Positions 28,634-37,911 of a stretch of 37,911 nucleotides of DNA are shown in pieces; within the stretch, counting starts at the first letter, position 1; each line of letters opens with the position of its first letter. This stretch comes from Pseudomonadota bacterium (GTDB taxonomy: Bacteria; Pseudomonadota; Gammaproteobacteria; Steroidobacterales; Steroidobacteraceae), in contig QGUO01000001.1 in the NCBI GenBank assembly GCA_003242495.1, positions 1 through 37,911 of the forward strand, read 5' to 3'. The translations under genes were made by a program, and so were the position numbers. The notes beneath the pieces were generated by a model. It ran no database searches, had not been told where the DNA came from, and saw nothing but the letters and a program-made list of their open reading frames with translations.

Positions 28634-29799
28634 GATGTGCCCTGCCGTCCAAAGAAGTGTCGCACGGCGTCCCAGATGTCGTCGTTGCCGCTTGCGCGGT
28701 AGGCGCCGACGTTGTCGGCATCGCGCGCCAGCTCGAGGAACAGCTTGCCGATCTCGCTGTCCGGCAGCGTGCCGGCGAGCGGCGCGACCTCGAGGAAGCC
28801 CGCGTAGTTGCAATCCGCGACGAGATCCTCGAGCGCGACTTCGGCCTGCGGCTGATCGGAGGGGAAGTTCTCGCCATCCGAGGCGTAGAACAGGTATATG
28901 TTGTACTGGCTCGGGCTGTAGCGCTCGTCGATGATGTCGCGCACCTTGCGCAGCCCCGAGGAGGCGACCGTGCCCCCGGTGCCGGTCACACGGAAAAAGT
29001 CTTCCTCCGGAAACTCCCAGGCTTCCGAGGTATGCGCCACGAACACCAGGTCGAGGTGCCGGTACTGGCGTCTGAGGCCCTGGATGGCCCAGAAGAAGAA
29101 CGTCTTGGAGATCTGCCGCTCACGCTCGCCCATGCTGCCGGAGACGTCCAGGAGCAGCACCACCACGGCTTGCATGGTGGGCTGTTCGCGCCTGGCCAGC
29201 TGCCGATAGCGCAGGTCGTCGTCGGTGAACGGCGTCGGGTCAACGCCCGTCGCGCTCTGCACCCCGCGCCGCTTGATGGATTCCTTGAGGGAGCGCCGCC
29301 GGTCGAGACGCGAGCGCGCGCCGCGCCGATCCCAGCCCTCGCGCGTCCAGTCGTCCTCGCGGGCGCGGCCGGCCTTGGCTTCGAGGTTCGGCAGCTGCAT
29401 CTCCTCCCACAGCCAGTCGACGATGTCGTCGATGCGGAACTCCAGCGTGTACTGGATGGTGCCTTCCTCGTTGCCGCCCTGGCCACGCTGGTGCTCGCCG
29501 TCGTGCTGCGGACGGCCGATGCGGTCACCGGGCTTGGCGTCGCCCTGGCCCACGCCCTGCTGCTCGCCCGCCGGGCGCAACCGGAAGCGATAATGTTCCA
29601 GCATGCGCACCGGGACGCGCACCGTGCTCGCGCCGCCGGTGAGCACGTCCGCGCCGGCCACGATCTGCGGCAGATGCTTGCGCACCGCCTCACGGACCTT
29701 CTCGTTGTGACGCAGCCAGTCGCGCGCGCCGCGCGAGAAAAGATCGTACCACCCGGCGCCGCCCGGACCGCTCTGAGAGATGTCGCTCATCGGCGTCAT
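28630..29799 (-). CDS. YeaH/YhbH (DUF444) family protein with a VWA-like MIDAS motif
   Basis: RH..KVREA, GVGQGD, PF..DDLRYR, LDVSGSM (DxSxS), F.AHT.EA, GGT..SS, YNIY.F.ASDGEN. Confidence 0.92.
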   Translation of the reverse strand: MTPMSDISQSGPGGAGWYDLFSRGARDWLRHNEKVREAVRKHLPQIVAGADVLTGGASTVRVPVRMLEHYRFRLRPAGEQQGVGQGDAKPGDRIGRPQHDGEHQRGQGGNEEGTIQYTLEFRIDDIVDWLWEEMQLPNLEAKAGRAREDDWTREGWDRRGARSRLDRRRSLKESIKRRGVQSATGVDPTPFTDDDLRYRQLARREQPTMQAVVVLLLDVSGSMGERERQISKTFFFWAIQGLRRQYRHLDLVFVAHTSEAWEFPEEDFFRVTGTGGTVASSGLRKVRDIIDERYSPSQYNIYLFYASDGENFPSDQPQAEVALEDLVADCNYAGFLEVAPLAGTLPDSEIGKLFLELARDADNVGAYRASGNDDIWDAVRHFFGRQGTS

Positions 29800-29830
29800 G
29801 CCTCCGCCGTCTGTGCCGGCGCGGAACCCG

Positions 29831-31825
29831 TCACTCCTGCGCCAGCAAAGTTGTCACATAGCTCAGCGCCTCGCGGGCGCTGTGCTCGTCGTAGCCGTAC
29901 TCCTTGATGAGCCGATCCTGCACCGCGGAAATCTTCTTGCGCGCCTCGTCGTCGGGACGTGCGGCCGAGGTCACCAGCCGCAGTACGTCGCGGCGCTCCT
30001 CGAACAGGTACTGCTCGATGGCCTCGCGCATGCGCGCGTGGCTGTTGAGGGTGAACTTCTCGCCCGCCTTGTAGGCCACCATGGCCTTGCGCACCACTTC
30101 CTGACGGAATGTCAGCTTGCCGGAGTCCGATACCTTGATCTTGTCTTCCACCGAGCGCATGAAGCGCTCGTCCGCGGGGCGCGACTCGCCGGTGATCGGA
30201 TCGGTCACTTCGCGGTGATCGAGCGAGGCCTCGACCTCGTCGAGGTATTTGTCGAGCAGTTCCTGCGCCTCGTCCTCGAACGAGGCGAACAGGGCGCGGT
30301 GCACGTCCTCCTTCACCCAGCGGTTGTAGAAGTCCTTGCGGGCGAGCACCAGATAATCGATCCACAGCTTCTTGGTCTTGCCGTCCATGCGCGCGTCCGT
30401 CTCGATGGAGTCCTTGAGCGCGAGCAGCACTTCCATGCTGGTCAAGCTCTTCTTGTCGTTGCGCGTGATGGCGTTCGAGATCGAGTTGATGATGAACCGC
30501 GGGCTGACGCCGGTGAGCCCTTCCTCGGGCGCCTCGTTGCGCAACCGCGTGATCTCGGTCTCGGCGAAGCCTTCCACGCTTTCCCCGGCATACAGCCGCA
30601 CCTTCTTCGACAGGTCGAGTCCTTCGCGCTCGGGTTTCATCAGGCGCGTGAGCACGCCGAACACCGCAGCCACGCGCAGCGCGTGCGGATCCATGTGCAC
30701 GTCGCGGAAGGCGGGGGCGGCCGAAACCAGCTTGGCGTAGATGCGCGCCTCGTCCAGGTAGGACAGGGTATACGGCACCTTGACGATCACCATGCGGTCG
30801 AGCAGCGCCTCGTTCTCTTTTTCCTGCAGGAACTTGTGGAACTCCGCCAGGTTGGTGTGCGCGATGATGGTTTCGTCCAGATAGATGAGCGGAAAGCGTG
30901 AGACCTTGACGTTCTTCTCCTGAGTGAGCGTGAGCAGCAGGTACAGGAACTCGCGCTTCACCTTGAGGATCTCGATCATCTCGAGGATGCCGCGGCTCGC
31001 GGCGTACACCGCGCCCGACCATGACCAGGCGCGCGGGTCGCCCTCGTCGCCATACTGGGCGACCTTCGAAAGGTCCACCGATCCGACCAGGTCGGCGAGA
31101 TCGGCGGTGGTGGGGTCGTGCGGGGCGTACGTGCCCACCCCGATGCGTGCGGACTCGGAGAGGAAGATCCGCTCGACCGGCATGCGCAGAAAATCGCCCT
31201 CGAACTCCCGCTCGAGACGGTCACGCGCCCAGGGGCTCAGCTCGCCGCGAATCTCCACGCCGTAAGTCTCGCGGAACTCGGCGCGCAGGCTGTTCGGAAT
31301 GAGGTTCAGGGGCGACTCGTGCATGGGCGAGCCCTGCAGCGCGTAAATCTGTCCCTCGTCGGTGTGGCTGTACTCCTCCAAACCACGCTTCAGGAGAATC
31401 GCCATGGTCGATTTGCCCCCCGAGGGTGGGCCCAGCAGCAGCAGCAGGCGGCGACCCACATCGGATCCGGCCGCGGCAGCCTTGAAGTAGTCGACCACCC
31501 GACCCAGCGGCTCGTCGATCCCGAACAGCTCGCGCCGGAACAGCTCCTTCGGCCCGGCGGTGTCGCCGTTCGGCGCACCGTTCGGCCCGTTGCCCGCCGA
31601 GCCAGCCGGTGCCGGGGCGTTGCGGCCGAACCACACCAGCATGTCCCACAGGTACTCGTGGCTGGAGCGCGCCAGCAGGCGGGCGTGTCCCGGGACGATC
31701 GTGCGCAGAAACTCGCCGAACGTTCCCGACCAATGCTGTGCGCGATGGAACCGGCTGTAGGCACTCAGCGCCTCGACGAAGCTCTCGCCGCGCTGCGAGT
31801 TCCCGTTGGGGCTGTCTGGCTGCAT
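29831..31825 (-). CDS. prkA: PrkA/YeaG family AAA+ protein (annotated as serine protein kinase)
   Basis: LLLLGPPSGGKS Walker A, SPMHE.PL, DLVGSVD.SK...YG.E.DPRA, RGILEMIE, AHTN..E, NEAL.DR. ATG 31825 follows AAGGAGGG. Confidence 0.93.
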   Translation of the reverse strand: MQPDSPNGNSQRGESFVEALSAYSRFHRAQHWSGTFGEFLRTIVPGHARLLARSSHEYLWDMLVWFGRNAPAPAGSAGNGPNGAPNGDTAGPKELFRRELFGIDEPLGRVVDYFKAAAAGSDVGRRLLLLLGPPSGGKSTMAILLKRGLEEYSHTDEGQIYALQGSPMHESPLNLIPNSLRAEFRETYGVEIRGELSPWARDRLEREFEGDFLRMPVERIFLSESARIGVGTYAPHDPTTADLADLVGSVDLSKVAQYGDEGDPRAWSWSGAVYAASRGILEMIEILKVKREFLYLLLTLTQEKNVKVSRFPLIYLDETIIAHTNLAEFHKFLQEKENEALLDRMVIVKVPYTLSYLDEARIYAKLVSAAPAFRDVHMDPHALRVAAVFGVLTRLMKPEREGLDLSKKVRLYAGESVEGFAETEITRLRNEAPEEGLTGVSPRFIINSISNAITRNDKKSLTSMEVLLALKDSIETDARMDGKTKKLWIDYLVLARKDFYNRWVKEDVHRALFASFEDEAQELLDKYLDEVEASLDHREVTDPITGESRPADERFMRSVEDKIKVSDSGKLTFRQEVVRKAMVAYKAGEKFTLNSHARMREAIEQYLFEERRDVLRLVTSAARPDDEARKKISAVQDRLIKEYGYDEHSAREALSYVTTLLAQE

Positions 31826-31984
31826 CGAACCACCCTCCTTCAAGTATCGGTAGTTCCCACGTCGTTCGCTGTCCGAGCCGTCAAGACCTCGCATCAAGCC
31901 TGAATGCGCACCGTTTCTTCGTCGCGGCGCATGCCGCTTCAGTCTCGAGGCGCTCCGCTCGAGACCCGTAAACGCCCGTGAGGT

Positions 31985-32013
31985 AAAGACTGATCCACGG
32001 GTGAACATGTTCC
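31985..32013 (-). promoter_or_regulatory. Candidate sigmaE/AlgU-type promoter for the prkA operon
   Basis: Minus strand GGAACAT-N16-GTCTTT versus the sigmaE-type consensus GGAACTT-N16-GTCnnA. Confidence 0.45.
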
Positions 32014-32224
32014 CCGCTTTGTGGTGCCATGGCGGTGCATGCAAGGGTAGGCATGAGCGCGGGGAAATGGACTTCGCGTACGCCCCGGCAGTGGCGCCGT
32101 GGCCGGCGGCAGGGTTCGGCGCCGGACCGCGCGGAGGAGCGCGTATGACCCGGTTGCGTGCGCAGCATATGCCTTGATTACTCCCTTCCCGCGCATCTTG
32201 CAATGGCGCTTCCTGCTGACTCGG

Positions 32225-32240
32225 TGCATGGCGCATGCCA
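32225..32240 (-). promoter_or_regulatory. Candidate sigma54 (-24/-12) promoter upstream of prkA
   Basis: Minus strand TGGCATG-CGCC-ATGCA has exact GG-N10-GC spacing. Confidence 0.4.
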
Positions 32241-32490
32241 GTGCATGGCCAACGCAAAAGCGCATGCCCGACGCTGGGGGCGATGCGTAATGGTTGTGCG
32301 TGGAGTTAGACCGCCGAACGGCGACCTGGTTCGCGTAAGGGACGATCGAAATGTCCGGCCCGCAGCGATCGCTGCGCTGTGCGTGTCGACTGCCGGGCCG
32401 GTGCGTACGGCTCCGGTGGGTGGTCGCTCATCGAGATCGAGAATCGCTCACTGCCGATGAGCGCCGCTCCGCCCGGCGCGCAGCGGCGCG

Positions 32491-34884
<2,394 letters not shown>

Positions 34885-34930
34885 GTCTGCACTCGCTGAA
34901 TCACAAGAGGCTGAACGGGGCAGCGCCGAC

Positions 34931-35335
34931 TCAGCGGACTGCCAGGCGGATCACGAGACAGCCGTTGATGCTTGCCTGCTCCATCAGCTCGTACCGGCCC
35001 GGAGGCAGCGCGATGCGCCGCTCGAAGCGCCCGTAGGGGATTTCCAGACGATGCACGGCCGTGGTCCGGCTTCCCACCGGTGGCGGTCGCGTGGCCATCA
35101 CCGACAACGCGCCACCCTCGATGAGGACTTGCATGTGTTCGGCCGCGACCCCCGGCAAGGCCACCGTGATCTGGATTTCGTCGCCGTTCCTCACGATGTC
35201 CACCGGCGGCTCCCAGCGCGGACGCGCTTCGAACGCTTCGCCGAAGCGGAAGAATTGGCGTTGCAGCCGTTGCGCCTGATCGAGCAGTTCGCAGGCTTCG
35301 GCCCACATCCAGGAGCGCGGGTTACGAATGGCCAT
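34931..35335 (-). CDS. Small heat-shock protein, Hsp20 / alpha-crystallin family
   Basis: WEPPVDI, VALPGV, RLEIPYGRFERRIALP, NGCL.IRL. Confidence 0.9.
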   Translation of the reverse strand: MAIRNPRSWMWAEACELLDQAQRLQRQFFRFGEAFEARPRWEPPVDIVRNGDEIQITVALPGVAAEHMQVLIEGGALSVMATRPPPVGSRTTAVHRLEIPYGRFERRIALPPGRYELMEQASINGCLVIRLAVR

Positions 35336-35369
35336 GGATCGAACCTTTGGAATGCATCTCGCCGTCTTA

Positions 35370-35397
35370 AAGTTGGGTCGGCACTGGGAGAGTCAAG
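35370..35397 (-). promoter_or_regulatory. Candidate sigma32 promoter for hsp20-lon
   Basis: Minus strand CTTGAC-N14-CCCAACTT versus the sigma32 consensus CTTGAA-N13/14-CCCCATnT. Confidence 0.55.
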
Positions 35398-35443
35398 GAT
35401 GCGGGACAGTGCGTCGGCCTTATCCGGCGCTTCGGGACTCGGT

Positions 35444-35473
35444 TTGACAGGACCGCCGCCTGCCCCATTCAAT
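35444..35473 (+). promoter_or_regulatory. Candidate promoter for the methyltransferase gene (sigma32-like and/or sigma70-like)
   Basis: TTGACA-N13-CCCCATTC; alternatively TTGACA-N18-TTCAAT. Confidence 0.45.
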
Positions 35474-35540
35474 CCGCCCTCGCGTCCGTCATCGGTCGCC
35501 CCCGACCGGGTCCAGACAGTCTCCTCGTGAGCCGCCGCCC

Positions 35541-36137
35541 ATGTCCATCAGTGAGTTCAACGCCTCGTTCTATGAAAGGTTCTACGAGAACCCGCGCACC
35601 CGGGTGACGACGCCCGAGGAGATGTCCCTGCGGGCCACGGCCATTGCCGGCCTGGTGCAGTATCTCGAGATGCCGGTGAAGCGCATTCTGGATGCGGGCT
35701 GCGGCATGGGGTGGATGCGTCCGGGACTCGAGCGCGCCTTTCCGCAGGCTGAATACGTCGGGCTCGAAGTGAGCGATCATTTGTGCCAGCGCTACGGCTG
35801 GGTGCAGGCATCGCTCGCGACCTACCGCGCGCGACGACGCTTCGACCTGGTCATCTGTTACGACGTGCTGCAATACCTCACGGACCGGGAAGCGGCCCGC
35901 GCCTTGGTCAACCTGGCCCGCCTGTGTCGCGGCGCGCTATATTTCCATGCGCCGACTCTGGAGGACTGGCGCAAGAACGCGGACCGCTCCACGAGTGACA
36001 GCAACGTCCGTTTCCGGCCCGCCGATTGGTATCGCGCGCGCCTCAATCGTGGCTTCCGCCATGTCGGCTTCGGTTTGCACGTACGCCGGGGCGTGCCGGT
36101 GGTGCAATGGGAGCTCGAAGCGCCTTGGTCGGTGTGA
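35541..36137 (+). CDS. Class I SAM-dependent methyltransferase
   Basis: Motif I ILDAGCGMG, post-I YVGLEVS, motif II FDLVICYDVLQYL. Confidence 0.88.
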   Translation: MSISEFNASFYERFYENPRTRVTTPEEMSLRATAIAGLVQYLEMPVKRILDAGCGMGWMRPGLERAFPQAEYVGLEVSDHLCQRYGWVQASLATYRARRRFDLVICYDVLQYLTDREAARALVNLARLCRGALYFHAPTLEDWRKNADRSTSDSNVRFRPADWYRARLNRGFRHVGFGLHVRRGVPVVQWELEAPWSV

Positions 36138-36583
36138 GCCGAGCCAGCGGTTCACGCGGCCCGCGGCATTCGCCGGCGTTTTGCCGCCGTTTGCCCGAAC
36201 GGCCGTTTTCACCCCGGCCGCGACACGCGTAACGTGCCGCGACGCGCGGTCCGGCCTTAAATCCTGGCGACAAAGGTCGCCTCATCGATTGTGCAGATGG
36301 GTTCGGCGTCGGCCACGGCCCTGGCGATGCATCGCTGGGGAGTCGTCGGGCGTTATTGCAGCGCCGTCATCAATGTCATTCCACGCGACGCATTTATCCA
36401 GCGTGTTGCTTGGTGGACATTAGCGACTGCGGTGCGCGACCAGGCGAACTGTCGCCGGTCGGCGTCGGCAGGTGAGGCAACCGATCGGCGGGCGGGAGGT
36501 CCAACCCGGTAGCTTGAACGTGAACTCCGCGGAAGCAGCATGCCTGCAGAGCGATGCGCTACGCACAAGAAGGGCCTGTGAAC

Positions 36584-37654
36584 ATGAGCACAGTGAACAA
36601 GAAGCGACTCGGGGCGTCCCGGCCGTGGGTGACCGCGCTGGCGCTGGCCGTGGCGGCGACGCCGGTGGGCGCTGAGCTGCGGACGGTCGACGAACCCGCC
36701 GTTTCCGGTATTCGTGTGCAAATCGACAATGATCTGTTCGCAGGCAGCGACCGTGATCGCGACTACACCGGCGGCATGGCCGTGACGATCTCCGGGCGCA
36801 ACGCGCGCGACGGGGCGCTGTCGCTGAACCCGGTGCTCGAGCGCCTGGACCGCCTGGCGATGGGCGAGCACCCGTCTTCACAGGTGCGTCATGCGCGCCA
36901 AGTGGGACTGATGGTCTTTACGCCCCAGAACACGCTGGCGAGCGAGCCGCTCACGGACGATCGGCCGTATGCGAGCCTGCTGTTCGTGTCCAATGGGCGA
37001 ATGCAAGTCGATGAAGACCAGCGCGGTGCCTGGTCGAGCAGCCTCACGCTGGGCATGCTCGGCCTGCCGCTCACCGAACGGCTGCACAGTGCGGTGCACG
37101 AAGTGGTCGGCTCGGAGTCGCCGCGGGGCTACGACAACCAGATCTCTGCGGGCGGCGAGCCGACGGCGCGCTATACGCTCGCGCGCCAGCGCCTGTGGCA
37201 GGCCAGTCCCTCGGGGCGGTTCGACATGAAGACCACCGTGCAGGGCAGCATCGGTTTCCTCACCGAGGCGAGCGCGGCGGTGTCCATGCGCATCGGCCGT
37301 TTCAACACCCCATGGTGGAGCTCGGCGCCGGAGCTGGCGGACTACATTGCCGCGCCCGTGCCGGTGGTGGCTCCCTCGAGCAACAGGCCCGAGCTGTATG
37401 TCTTTGCCGGCGCGCGCCTCAAGGCGCGCGCTTACAACGCCTTCCTGCAGGGGCAGTTCCGTCACAGCGCGGTGCGCTACTCGGCGGACGACTTGATGCC
37501 GGTGGTGGGCGAAGCCTGGCTGGGCGTGGTCACGCAGATCCTCGAGCAGACCCAGCTCAGCTACTCACTCAATTATCAGACGGCCGAGTTTCGTGACGGG
37601 AAGGCTGCGCGCGACGTGTTGTGGGGCGCGGTGCAGGTGAGTCACGCGTTCTAG
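36584..37654 (+). CDS. Lipid A 3'-O-deacylase, LpxR family outer-membrane protein (DUF2219)
   Basis: Signal peptide, DND.F..SDRDYT.G, FTP, DDRPYASLL, H......PRGYDNQI, YNAFLQG, C-terminal Phe (VSHAF). Confidence 0.85.
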   Translation: MSTVNKKRLGASRPWVTALALAVAATPVGAELRTVDEPAVSGIRVQIDNDLFAGSDRDRDYTGGMAVTISGRNARDGALSLNPVLERLDRLAMGEHPSSQVRHARQVGLMVFTPQNTLASEPLTDDRPYASLLFVSNGRMQVDEDQRGAWSSSLTLGMLGLPLTERLHSAVHEVVGSESPRGYDNQISAGGEPTARYTLARQRLWQASPSGRFDMKTTVQGSIGFLTEASAAVSMRIGRFNTPWWSSAPELADYIAAPVPVVAPSSNRPELYVFAGARLKARAYNAFLQGQFRHSAVRYSADDLMPVVGEAWLGVVTQILEQTQLSYSLNYQTAEFRDGKAARDVLWGAVQVSHAF

Positions 37655-37730
37655 CCGTTTCCCCGGGATTGCGCGCGAGCAGTGCGCCGCACTGCCGCGC
37701 CTCGAATCAGCTTCCTCGTCCCCCTCCAGT

Positions 37731-37760
37731 GCCCGCCTCACGGCGGGCTTTTCTTTTCTT
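37731..37760 (+). terminator. Rho-independent terminator after the lpxR-like gene
   Basis: GCCCGCC-TCAC-GGCGGGC followed by TTTTCTTTTCTT. Confidence 0.88.
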
Positions 37761-37911
37761 GCGAGCCGGGGCCTTGCCGGGCGACGCTTGCCGTGGCGGC
37801 GCGACGCCCTGCCGGCCCCGAACCGATGTCTTGTACGGCAGCGGGCGTGCGCCCCCTGCGGCGCGCCGCTCGCGCCCCCGCGTGCGCCGGCCCTCCCGTG
37901 TGTGGCCGGTG

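Noticed and set aside
31826-32257. 144-codon in-frame N-terminal extension of PrkA
   Set aside because: Low-complexity translation. A strong AAGGAGGG RBS precedes ATG 31825, and promoter-like motifs lie within the extension.
37761-37911. Extremely GC-rich tail with a short ATG-initiated open frame
   Set aside because: No recognisable motif or RBS. It looks like a low-quality contig end.

Overview
A very GC-rich proteobacterial chromosomal segment (roughly 70% GC by eye; gene content suggests a Gammaproteobacterium, which is an inference). It holds about 31 protein-coding genes. I saw no rRNA, tRNA, CRISPR array, transposase, integrase or phage gene. From left to right: the 3' end of a MacB/FtsX-type ABC permease, a thioredoxin-like protein, glutathione-dependent formaldehyde detoxification genes (frmA, fghA), a Bcr/CflA MFS pump, OsmC/YhfA, gabD, def, a MocA-like nucleotidyltransferase, a 63-aa membrane protein, a stand-alone receiver protein, a sensor-only Cache-like membrane protein translationally coupled to a divergent FabY/FAS-I-like ketosynthase, fbp, an ABC-2 exporter pair, a DUF2807/GIN lipoprotein, an Lhr helicase, an Ax21-like beta-barrel, YciI, GST, an orphan TolC/NodT channel, a LysR/NmrA divergent pair, a Bacillus-like prkA-yhbH(yeaH)-spoVR operon downstream of hsp20-lon, a SAM methyltransferase and an LpxR-like lipid A deacylase. 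Best candidates for something undescribed: (1) the stand-alone ketosynthase / output-less sensor / receiver module, (2) the hsp20-lon-prkA-VWA-spoVR proteostasis cluster, (3) a possible LytTR-type regulon of 21-bp-spaced repeats upstream of three envelope genes, (4) a candidate 3'UTR-derived sRNA after lpxR. All calls come from manual motif recognition; no searches were run.
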